Positions 24,629-32,258 are shown, counted from the first letter of the stretch. The stretch is 40,000 nucleotides of DNA from an uncultured Candidatus Bathyarchaeia archaeon (GCA_964449495.1 CAYUYX010000001.1:2332-42331), one strand, 5' to 3'. The notes: generated by a model not told the origin, from the sequence alone. Program-made: numbers and translations.

Positions 24629-25048
24629 TTGAGCGGTGAAAGGGTTAACATCATCAAGGAGAGGGCCCGTGCCTTCCTGGACCTCGCTAAAGAGCTAACC
24701 GACAGGAGGCCTGATATATCCTCCTTCAGCGTTCATCAGGCATGCCAGCTCAGGGTTAAGGCGTCACCGCTTAGGTTCACGGGCGAGGTGCCTAGGCTCC
24801 ACGGCATTAGAGAGCTCTTAGGAATGCTGGCGAGGAGGCTAGAAGACCTGGGCCTTAAGGAGGATGCCCTGAGGATCGTGGACTTCGTGAGGAGGCGGAG
24901 AGGCGTTCTCATAGATATCGAGGCGGCATATACCGAGTCGAGGTACGGTGCGGGGCCTATCGCCAAGGGCATCTTGGAGGAGATGCTGGGAGTGGCCGAG
25001 GAGCTCTTCAAGCTCTTAGACGAGGTTGAGGAGCATGTCCTGGGCTAA
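24629..25048 (+). CDS. HEPN-domain protein (partner of the minimal nucleotidyltransferase)
   Basis: 139 aa with a TTG start. The sequence ERARAFLDLAKEL...FSVHQACQLRVKA...HGIRELL...IEAAYTESRYG follows the HEPN (PF05168-type) helical pattern ending in the xSRY motif. Its 3' end overlaps the next gene. Confidence 0.8.
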   Translation: MSGERVNIIKERARAFLDLAKELTDRRPDISSFSVHQACQLRVKASPLRFTGEVPRLHGIRELLGMLARRLEDLGLKEDALRIVDFVRRRRGVLIDIEAAYTESRYGAGPIAKGILEEMLGVAEELFKLLDEVEEHVLG

Positions 25049-25376
25049 GTACCACCTAGGGCATCTCAGGAGGTGGAGGGAGGCCGTCGAAGCCATAGCT
25101 AAGGCGGTTAGGGACCTAGGCATCAAGGCAGAGCTATACGTCATCGGCGGCGCAGCCGAGTCCAGGCTCACGATCCTGAGCGACATAGATGTGCTCCTAT
25201 GCTTGAAAGAGGAGCTAGGGCCTGAGGACCTATGGGCTTTGAGGAGGAGGGTGCTGGGGGTAGCCATGGATAAGTATGGATTGCCCATGGACTACCCCGT
25301 AGAACTCCACATACAGGATAAGGAGACGTGCAGCAAGACCTTACGACGTGGGAAAGCCATAAAGGTGAAAATATGA
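25035..25376 (+). CDS. Minimal nucleotidyltransferase (MNT, Pol-beta superfamily)
   Basis: MSWAKYH...AELYVIGGAAESRLTILSDIDVLLCL carries the G(G/S)x9-13 D-x-D signature. The ATG at 25035 overlaps the HEPN gene by 14 nt (ORF-track start 25026 is TTG). Confidence 0.8.
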   Translation: MSWAKYHLGHLRRWREAVEAIAKAVRDLGIKAELYVIGGAAESRLTILSDIDVLLCLKEELGPEDLWALRRRVLGVAMDKYGLPMDYPVELHIQDKETCSKTLRRGKAIKVKI

Positions 25377-25516
25377 GTCAGGGATATGATCATACAGCAT
25401 GGATTATGGCACAGCCATACCTTACGGCGGTATTGGAGCTCGTAACAAGGTTACGGGACTGAGCCTTGTTGAAGCTTGATGGAGAATAACTTAATATAAA
25501 ACAAAAACTAATAACT

Positions 25517-26857
25517 CTAGGAGGGGACAGGGCTGGAATGGGGCATATAATCGTCAAGGCCACCATAAGGGGCAGGAAGGAACACATCGGCGAGTTCCTT
25601 GTGGATACGGGTGCATCGTTTACGGTCTTGCCTCTCGACCTTGCAGAGGAGGTGCTCTACGAGACCGTTCTGTCCCGCATGGACGTTCGGGACCTTTATG
25701 CCCATGTGGGACTTCCCAACTCCACTCCCATCTGGGAGCTTCATGGCCGGGCTTTCGGGGCGAACGGAAGTCCCCACATACCTCTGGGCTAAATTCCAGG
25801 CCCCAATAACGTCTCTGTTGGCCTTTAGGCCACAATTGGAGCACCTCAAGAGCCTATACCCATTCGGGCTGAGCTTGGCCCCACATATCGGGCATAGGCT
25901 CGAACTATTCCTGGGATTAACGTAAGCTACCCTGAGGCCTTTCAGCTTGGCCTTATACTCAATTATGGTTTGGAGTTGGCGGAAGCTCCATCTATGGAGC
26001 CGCCCATTAAGCTCACGGCCATACCTGATATGGCTCCTAATGCCCTTTAGGTCCTCAAGGACGATAACGCTCACGTCCTCAGCTAGGGCTTGCCTCACTA
26101 CCTCATTAGCTAGCTTATGATAGAGGTCCTTAGTCCTATTCCTCCCACGGCCACGATACTTGGCTAAGAGCTTGGCCCTGAGCTTCCCGCACTTGAGAGC
26201 CGATTGTATTCTCCGTCTCTTGAGGAAGTAAGCCACTCTGATGGGCCTCTCGCCTGTCCTTATCTGCCTGAAGCCACTAGGGCTGGCTATCGTGATATTG
26301 TTCTCATTAACGTCTATCGCCAGGACACGGCCATTAGGCTCCCTAAGCTCAACCTCTGTCCTAAAGACAACCTTAAGCCATAGCTCACGGCCACGCTTGA
26401 CGAGCCACGCCTGTCCCGGCCTCATGGCCTTAAACTTCTCATGGTATTGGCCGTGAAGTAAGCGGAATTTGGCACGTCCTCTAGGCGTGGCTATTGAGAC
26501 CGTCCAGCTATCAAGGTCCAGGCTAAAGAGGTGGTCATCCAGCATTATAGTGTCCTTTTTGAAGCTGGGTCTATCGGCCTTAACACGACCACGCCTCTTA
26601 AGCTTTCTAAAGACCTTGTAGATGGAGCAAGCCATTTGACAAGCCGTATAGATATAATGGCTCGGTAGCTTGGGTAATCTGGCCCTTAACTCACGGTATT
26701 TCTCAGCCTTGAGGCGCTTAAAGCTCGTTATCCTTCTAGCGTGAGCATAGAATAGAAGCTCGTTAAGCATACTCCGGTAAGTAGAGAATAACGGCTCCGC
26801 TAGGCCCTTAGGGCCATCTAACTTGAAGTTGGCCGTGAGCTTAATCGTCTCTTTCAT
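25517..26857 (-). CDS. tnpB: TnpB (IS200/IS605 OrfB; RuvC-like RNA-guided endonuclease family)
   Basis: Motifs are VLAIDVNENNITIA (RuvC-I Asp), VIVLEDLKGIRS (RuvC-II Glu), CPICGAKL...LLRCSNCGLKANRDVIGAWNLAQR (Zn finger plus RuvC-III Asp). The start MKETIKLTANFKL at 26857 forms ATGA with the RHH stop. The last ~47 codons lie outside the inferred IS end. Confidence 0.85.
   Translation of the reverse strand: MKETIKLTANFKLDGPKGLAEPLFSTYRSMLNELLFYAHARRITSFKRLKAEKYRELRARLPKLPSHYIYTACQMACSIYKVFRKLKRRGRVKADRPSFKKDTIMLDDHLFSLDLDSWTVSIATPRGRAKFRLLHGQYHEKFKAMRPGQAWLVKRGRELWLKVVFRTEVELREPNGRVLAIDVNENNITIASPSGFRQIRTGERPIRVAYFLKRRRIQSALKCGKLRAKLLAKYRGRGRNRTKDLYHKLANEVVRQALAEDVSVIVLEDLKGIRSHIRYGRELNGRLHRWSFRQLQTIIEYKAKLKGLRVAYVNPRNSSSLCPICGAKLSPNGYRLLRCSNCGLKANRDVIGAWNLAQRYVGTSVRPESPAMKLPDGSGVGKSHMGIKVPNVHAGQNGLVEHLLCKVERQDRKRCTRIHKELADVFLPAPYGGLDDYMPHSSPVPS
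25538..25660 (+). pseudogene. 5' half of a retropepsin-like (clan AA) aspartic protease gene, interrupted by the IS
   Basis: MGHIIVKATIRGRKEHIGEFLVDTGASFTVLPLDLAEEVLY carries the D-T-G-A catalytic motif. The rest of the 84-aa ORF-track product is antisense of tnpB and not protease-like. The continuation is at 27098. Confidence 0.7.
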
Positions 26858-26997
26858 TCCTGGCTCACCCCTTGCTCCTTTAACCACTTCTTAATGAGTT
26901 CCCGTACCACCTGGGCCTTTTTGAGGCCGAGCTCGGCACATTTCACGGAGAAAGCCCTAAAAGTAGCCTCATCCAAGTCTATGCTCAACCTAGGCAT
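26854..26997 (-). CDS. Small ribbon-helix-helix (CopG/Arc/MetJ-like) protein, 47 aa (52 aa if the ATG at 27012 is used)
   Basis: Below the ORF-track size cutoff. I translated the minus strand base by base and got (MGGGG)MPRLSIDLDEATFRAFSVKCAELGLKKAQVVRELIKKWLKEQGVSQE*. The pattern is a beta-strand (RLSIDLD) plus two amphipathic helices. The stop overlaps the tnpB ATG (ATGA). Confidence 0.6.
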   Translation of the reverse strand: MPRLSIDLDEATFRAFSVKCAELGLKKAQVVRELIKKWLKEQGVSQE

Positions 26998-27032
26998 GCC
27001 CCCACCACCCATCACTTAACTGAGTAGCTGAG

Positions 27033-27042
27033 TATTTAAAGC
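27033..27042 (-). promoter_or_regulatory. TATA-box-like element (minus-strand GCTTTAAATA) inside the IS left end, upstream of RHH-tnpB
   Basis: It lies 20 nt upstream of ATG 27012 and 35 nt upstream of ATG 26997, which fits archaeal TATA-to-TSS spacing of about 25 nt. Confidence 0.45.
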
Positions 27043-27097
27043 TTACCCCCTTGCCGAGACGTATCTAAAGGTTCCCTTTGTCCATATTTTATGTTAC

Positions 27098-27322
27098 TAC
27101 CCCTACACGGTCGAGCTCAGGCTAGGCGATAGTAGGAGAGTAGGGGCCAAGGTGTTTATAGGAGAGGTCGAGATCGAGGACAGGAGAGGCCCCGTGAGAA
27201 TACTGGCGTTCCCAGGAGCACAGCCAGTCATAGGCGTAGACACATTGGAGACGTTAGGGCTAAAGGTAGATCCCACAACGGGCAGACTTGAGAAAACAGA
27301 ATATTACATGCTCTACATCTAA
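27098..27322 (+). pseudogene. 3' half of the retropepsin-like aspartic protease gene
   Basis: My translation is YPYTVELRLGDSRRVGAKVFIGEVEIEDRRGPVRILAFPGAQPVIGVDTLETLGLKVDPTTGRLEKTEYYMLYI* (stop 27320-27322). This is the typical C-terminal half of small archaeal clan AA proteases (GxDxLexLGlxvDp). It is not in the ORF track because it has no start. Confidence 0.7.
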
Positions 27323-27362
27323 CGCTAAAAAAGCTTAAAAGCAAAGGCTACTGAGTGTTAAG

Positions 27363-27770
27363 ATGCCTCCAAGGTGGGCCAATATGGGACGGCTAGGAGG
27401 AGCTAAAAGGGCCTTGGAGCTCGCCCTCGAGGAGCTTGAGAAATATCGCAAAGATCGTGAAGCTTTGAGGCTTAGGGATGCTTGTGAAAAGGGCTGGCTG
27501 GCGGTAGTGCTGGCGACCGATGCGCTGTTGATTAGCTTTGGTTATAAAAAGCCGGAGAGCTACAGTGAGAGGAGGAGGGCGCTCGAAGACCTAGAGGCGA
27601 AGCATCCTAGGATATCCGAGCTAGGTCTAATGGATAGATTTGGTGCTAGAGGATACTACCTACACATACAAGGCTACCATGAAGGGATGTTGAGCGATAC
27701 TGAGGTAGAAACGGAATTGGCGAAGGTCAAAGAATATATAGATGATGTGGAGGAAATACTTAGGGGTTAG
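27363..27770 (+). CDS. PaREP1-family protein (HEPN-like helical domain family typical of Thermoproteales)
   Basis: 135 aa. The sequence LELALEELEKYRK...ACEKGWLAVVLATDALLISFGYKKPESYSERRRALEDL...LGLMDRFGARGYYLHIQGYHEG matches my memory of the PaREP1 pattern (EKxWxA...sH/Y..R......LH..fYeg). Confidence 0.65.
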   Translation: MPPRWANMGRLGGAKRALELALEELEKYRKDREALRLRDACEKGWLAVVLATDALLISFGYKKPESYSERRRALEDLEAKHPRISELGLMDRFGARGYYLHIQGYHEGMLSDTEVETELAKVKEYIDDVEEILRG

Positions 27771-28058
27771 CCTTGAACCCGACCCGAAGGGATAAGTCGT
27801 GTGATGCTGTGGTAATGAGCTAAAGTGAAGAGAGAAGCGACTGTAATCTCTGTTGTAATAAACGAGTTATAAGCGTTGAGGAATTACCTGATAAGTTGTC
27901 AGAGCTTTAAGAATAGTGAGTGAGACTTTGTTAACCATGCCCTCAATTACTAGGTAGGCATGGCAAACGCGTGCGCTGAAGAACATAAAAATTAAGTTCA
28001 TGGACAAGGAGGCTAGCTGCACGGCGTTATTCGCTACAGACTCGGGCTATACGGTGAT

Positions 28059-29213
28059 TCAGCGAGCCTTCTTCGAGAGGAGCCTCGGCGCTAACTGGCC
28101 AAAGCTTCCCAGACCCATTAATAGCCTTAAAGGTCGACAGGAGGCCGAAAAGATTGACATCGATATCCGGCCACTTATGCGAGGAGGCCCCACCAAATGA
28201 TTCTGAACCCATACCGCCCCATTGATGAGTCCGCTATGCTCATCCTGCGTGGAATCCCAGGTCATATACCCTTCTCCCTCATCAAATCTCAGCCATAGAG
28301 ATAGATCGTCCTCGAATACCTTGCCCCTGTAGCTCGCCCTCACCTCATTCTCGGACAACGCCCTGGAATATACCTTCACCTCGTCTATTGTAGCTCCTAT
28401 AGAGGGGAGCCCCGGGGCCTTTCCCACGAAGAGGGAGCCGTTATTGAGCTTGGGCTCGAAATCCCAATCGTCCGCATAAGTGCACCTCACCCCATCGACG
28501 TATATGGCGATGCACGGCCTTGAGAAGGAGAACGCCACCTGATGCCACTCGCCGATGCTTAAACTTGCCTCCCCAACGGCCTCTCTCCAGGCGCCCTCAT
28601 CATCGTAAAAGCCAGCCCACGGCCTCGGGCCAGGGGCCACGCCCACCATGTAGTTGACCTCCCCTGACGTGCCGTCGCCCTTGCACAGTAATGCGCATCG
28701 CTCATCGGGCTCCTCCGCCAGGTTCACCCACAGCTCGACGGTGAAGTTCTTTAAGTCGAGAACAGGCAAATCGGTAAATTCCACATAATCATCTAAGCCG
28801 TTGAACCGGAGGGCCATGTTCTTCTCGCAGACGAGGACGCTGCAATCTCTTTCTAAGCTGATGCCCTCGGCCGTGACGAGCTTTATGTGGTACGTCGTCC
28901 TATATGTCCATGTGTAGGCCAGGGCTATTACCTGGCTCTCGCCGGCCGGGATAGCTATACTGATATCGTATTGCACGCTATCTACGTGGACACGCCTCAT
29001 CTTCACGGGCTCTTGGCCGGTATTCTTCACGTAGATGTATAGGTGTCCTCTGCTCACCTTGATCTCCTCTATCTCTATCGTGGCGAGAACGGACGGCCTC
29101 GAGCTTAGCCTTGGCCAGACGAGACATACTCCTACTGATACCGCCACGACCAGTATGAGGCAGAGTATCAATATGAACAAGCGTTTTCTCCCGCTTTCGG
29201 TGGTCTCTTCCAT
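28059..29213 (-). CDS. Membrane-anchored LamG/concanavalin-A-like lectin-domain protein; a second LamG unit appears truncated
   Basis: 384 aa with an N-terminal TM (LFILILCLILVVAVSVGVCLVW) and a beta-rich spacer. The LamG_3-like domain reads ALRFNGLDDYVEFTD...FTVELWV...GEWHQVAFSF...LFVGKAP...IDEVKVYSRALSENEV. The tail LWLRFDEGEGYMTWDSTQDEHSGLINGAVWV is the usual lead-in to another LamG domain, which never follows. Confidence 0.75.
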   Translation of the reverse strand: MEETTESGRKRLFILILCLILVVAVSVGVCLVWPRLSSRPSVLATIEIEEIKVSRGHLYIYVKNTGQEPVKMRRVHVDSVQYDISIAIPAGESQVIALAYTWTYRTTYHIKLVTAEGISLERDCSVLVCEKNMALRFNGLDDYVEFTDLPVLDLKNFTVELWVNLAEEPDERCALLCKGDGTSGEVNYMVGVAPGPRPWAGFYDDEGAWREAVGEASLSIGEWHQVAFSFSRPCIAIYVDGVRCTYADDWDFEPKLNNGSLFVGKAPGLPSIGATIDEVKVYSRALSENEVRASYRGKVFEDDLSLWLRFDEGEGYMTWDSTQDEHSGLINGAVWVQNHLVGPPRISGRISMSIFSASCRPLRLLMGLGSFGQLAPRLLSKKAR

Positions 29214-29362
29214 CCCTTATCCCCTACTCCGCTACTTGGACCAGGCAAGTATATGCCAAGGATTTATAAAACTATCCTTAATATAAGCCAGTAGTTAGAT
29301 CAACCATGCACTGACGATTCTACGAAAGCCTTAAATACCTATGCCCAGGACTCGAGGTAGGC

Positions 29363-30796
29363 GTGAGGAAAATGCAGGGGCGAGCCAAGAATATAGGTGC
29401 AATCACTGCCGCCGTACTGATGCTCATCGCGGGCGCACTAACCATCTACCAAGTATACAACGTCGTGGCGTCTCCATCGCCCACCAACACGCTTTCGCGT
29501 ATCGATAGCTTTGTAGCCCAGCACTGGGCCACAAAGCACTACGGCATAGTGCTGACCGCCGGGCCTGAGCAATACGAAGACGACTACTTCATAAACAACC
29601 CAAGCGTGATAAGAATAGACGATGTCTACTACATGTACTATTCGGGAAGAGATAGGGCCACTAAGACGTGGAAGGTGTGTTTAGCGACCAGCCCAGATGG
29701 CAAGAGCTGGACCAAGCAAGGCCCCATCCTCAGGCCCGCTGACTTCCACGCCGTCGGCTTCACGGACGTCACGGAGGTTAGCCAGCCGTGGGTGATATAC
29801 TCGGGCGGTACCTACTACATGTATGTGATGGCCACCCGCTCCTACGGCGGCCTGTACAGGGGCACAATCTTCGTCGCCACCTCGACGGACGGGGTCTCCT
29901 GGTCTATACCGCCAGCCCCTACCAACCCGCTGATCACGCCCTCGCTGGGCAGCGCTGAGGAAGATGTCTGGAGCCCAACGGTGGTGTACTTCGGCGACAC
30001 CTACTACATGTACTACCTTGGGACGGATCGCAGGGTCAGCCCGACTGTGGTGCGTATCTTCGTGGCGGTGGCCAACCACCCGCTCGGGCCCTGGACCAGG
30101 TTAGGCATGATAACCCTCGAGGGCGCTGCTGGCGAGTGGGACCCAGGGCCGAGGATCCTCGGCATGGGCGCAGTTGTCATCGATGACGTCATCCTCCTGG
30201 CCTATACGGCTGAGGCGACCCTCTCCGGATACGCCACCGGCGCCACCCTCATGGGCTTCGCCTTCAGCGACGACGGGACCACCTTCTACAGGAGCCTCTT
30301 CAACCCGATCTTCATGAGGGCGGCCAGCTACGAGGCGAGGTTCATACGGGACCCGTGCCCCATATACGAGGGCGGCAGGCTCAAGATATACTACGGCGCC
30401 ATGGGGGCGCCCCCGCCAGTGATAGTCTACGCCGAGGCCGTCCAAGCCGCAACGGACGTTAGGCAGGTGTTCATCAGCAGAACCGTGGATGTTGGCTACA
30501 CCATAAAGAGCGACCCGATATGCGGCGAGTACGAGACGGTCAAGATATTCTTCTATTCCACGGAGATAGGCAAGCTCTACATAGAGATATGGGACGAGGA
30601 AACCCAGACGTGGGTGAGGCTCCGCTGGTACGAGTACTACGAATCCCTCTATTACACCTACGAGTACATGTACAACACGCCGAACGAGCTCATCGTGTAC
30701 ACCATCGAGTTCACGCCGGTGAGGATGCTCCGCATACTCTTCGTCAACCTCGGCCAGGAGACAGCCACGGTATCCGCCTGGGTGACGATGTGTTAA
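29363..30796 (+). CDS. Secreted/anchored five-bladed beta-propeller glycosidase-like protein (GH43/GH130-like) with C-terminal beta-sandwich
   Basis: 477 aa with an N-terminal hydrophobic segment (IGAITAAVLMLIAGALTIY). Blade motifs repeat: NPSVIRIDDVYYMYYSGRD..LATSPDGKSWT; QPWVIYSGGTYYMYVMA..VATSTDGVSWS; WSPTVVYFGDTYYMYYLGTD..NHPLGPWT; RLKIYYGAMG. The start is GTG 29363 or ATG 29372. Confidence 0.65.
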   Translation: MRKMQGRAKNIGAITAAVLMLIAGALTIYQVYNVVASPSPTNTLSRIDSFVAQHWATKHYGIVLTAGPEQYEDDYFINNPSVIRIDDVYYMYYSGRDRATKTWKVCLATSPDGKSWTKQGPILRPADFHAVGFTDVTEVSQPWVIYSGGTYYMYVMATRSYGGLYRGTIFVATSTDGVSWSIPPAPTNPLITPSLGSAEEDVWSPTVVYFGDTYYMYYLGTDRRVSPTVVRIFVAVANHPLGPWTRLGMITLEGAAGEWDPGPRILGMGAVVIDDVILLAYTAEATLSGYATGATLMGFAFSDDGTTFYRSLFNPIFMRAASYEARFIRDPCPIYEGGRLKIYYGAMGAPPPVIVYAEAVQAATDVRQVFISRTVDVGYTIKSDPICGEYETVKIFFYSTEIGKLYIEIWDEETQTWVRLRWYEYYESLYYTYEYMYNTPNELIVYTIEFTPVRMLRILFVNLGQETATVSAWVTMC

Positions 30797-30849
30797 GGAA
30801 CCCCCGCTTTTTTCCATTATTATTCATCCTTCTTTAGTCTTATACCACG

Positions 30850-31887
30850 GTGAGCATCATCTCTGCGGGGGTTAGCGACTTGGGGAAGGGCTACGTGATG
30901 GCGACAATCGACCTTGAACTCATGTGGGGATTTAATAAGGCCTTAGTGGAGAGGCCCTGGATAGGGCGCTCTCCCTCCTTCAGGCGCTACGTGAGGAATA
31001 TGGGAAAAGCCCGTTATGTTGCGAGAGCCCTCTTAGAAGCCACGGAAGAGCTCGATTTTCCTCTTACGTGGGCCATTGTGGGCCACTTGGTCCTTGAAAG
31101 ATGTAAGCGCTACTGCGGGCGAGCCCATCCCGATATGCCAAGGCCACATGTGGCCTCCCGCCTTGATTGGTACGCCTTTGATCCATGTAGTGATCTGGCG
31201 AGAGCGCCCCTCTGGTACGGGCGAGATATCGTTGAGGCCGTTCTTGATAGCCCCGTGGAGCACGAGATCGCATGCCATTCGTTTTCCCACGTAGATTTCT
31301 CCATGTGCGATCGCCCGGTAGCGGAGGCCGAGATAAGGGCCTGTCGCTCGCTCCTCAAGGAGCACCTCGGCATAAGGCCTGTCTCGTTCGTTTTCCCTTT
31401 TGATCGTGTAGGTCATCTGGACCTCTTGGCGAGATACGGCTTCAAGGCCTTTAGAGCCCCAAGGAAGAGCTCATTATGGCCTTTAAACGATCCGGAGAGG
31501 CTTAAGGGCTTCGTTATGTCAAGGCTTGAAGAGCCCTTGACCTCAAGGCTTCGGCTTCCGTCCCCTATTGGCTTTCCGAAGAAGATCGGAGCTTTGGTAG
31601 AAATCCCGAACACCGGCCTCTTATACAAGCCCGTGGAGGAGAGCCTGATAATCCTCTTATCTCGCTTGTCCAAGGCTCTTCTCCTCGTCTGCAGAAAGGG
31701 GCTCCTCCTCCACGTCTATACCCACCTGCACAATCTGGCTCAAGGCCACGCTTACCTCTGGGCATTTAAAAAATTTCTCGAGCTTGTGAAAGAATTTGAG
31801 GAACAAGGTCTTCTGTGCGTCCTCGTCATGCGTGATGCTGTTAAGCTACTCAACAGGCGCTCCTCGGAAAAACCTTTTAGTTCGTGA
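30850..31887 (+). CDS. Polysaccharide deacetylase-like protein (NodB/CE4-type)
   Basis: 345 aa. The sequence ATIDLELMWGF...FPLTWAIVGHL...EIACHSFSHVDFS...RPVSFVFPFDRVGH follows the CE4-like His/Asp motif order. The start is GTG 30850 or ATG 30898 (MATIDLE). Confidence 0.7.
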   Translation: MSIISAGVSDLGKGYVMATIDLELMWGFNKALVERPWIGRSPSFRRYVRNMGKARYVARALLEATEELDFPLTWAIVGHLVLERCKRYCGRAHPDMPRPHVASRLDWYAFDPCSDLARAPLWYGRDIVEAVLDSPVEHEIACHSFSHVDFSMCDRPVAEAEIRACRSLLKEHLGIRPVSFVFPFDRVGHLDLLARYGFKAFRAPRKSSLWPLNDPERLKGFVMSRLEEPLTSRLRLPSPIGFPKKIGALVEIPNTGLLYKPVEESLIILLSRLSKALLLVCRKGLLLHVYTHLHNLAQGHAYLWAFKKFLELVKEFEEQGLLCVLVMRDAVKLLNRRSSEKPFSS

Positions 31888-32258
31888 TTGACGTCCGGGC
31901 AGGATGGATATCGATTCAGCAGATATCGCCCGGGGAACTGTACCTCGGCTCCACGGCTGAGAGCAAGCCTGAAACTAACTACATCGCCCTCTTGGGGCAA
32001 GGGAATAGATAAAGATGCCTTCAAAGCTTGCATGGCCGCTCCACTTTACGACCTCTTTATAAGCGCTTGCTCGAGGTCGGGGAGGGACGATTTCCCCACG
32101 GCGGAGGCCATCTGCCGGAAAATGGTACGCTCTCCCCCCATGCCCCAAGTTAAGCTATGAAGAAGCCCGCTATGGGGTAGAGGCTGCCGATGAACTTGTT
32201 AGCCGAGCTTATGAAAAACTAATATAGCCTCCCACCGCCTAATACAATACTAACGAGG

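Larger units (their letters stand above)
25661..27097 (-). mobile_element. IS200/IS605-family (IS1341-like, tnpB without tnpA) insertion, about 1.44 kb, carrying RHH + tnpB; ends approximate (+/- a few nt; TAC occurs at both junctions)
   Basis: The boundaries are inferred from where the two halves of the protease reading frame stop and resume (same frame modulo 3). The interior holds a TATA-like box, an RHH ORF and tnpB. I cannot identify any target duplication. Confidence 0.7.

Noticed and set aside
25390-25925. ORFs 25390..25587 (-), 25599..25925 (+), 25620..25844 (-) and the full 84-aa version of 25538..25792 (+)
   Set aside because: They overlap the tnpB 3' region in other frames. Only the first ~41 codons of 25538.. 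are protease-like.
29681-30837. ORFs 29681..30079 (-), 30101..30817 (-, 238 aa) and 30520..30837 (+)
   Set aside because: They are antisense or alternative frames of the GC-rich propeller gene, with Arg/Gly/Pro/His-rich low-complexity products.
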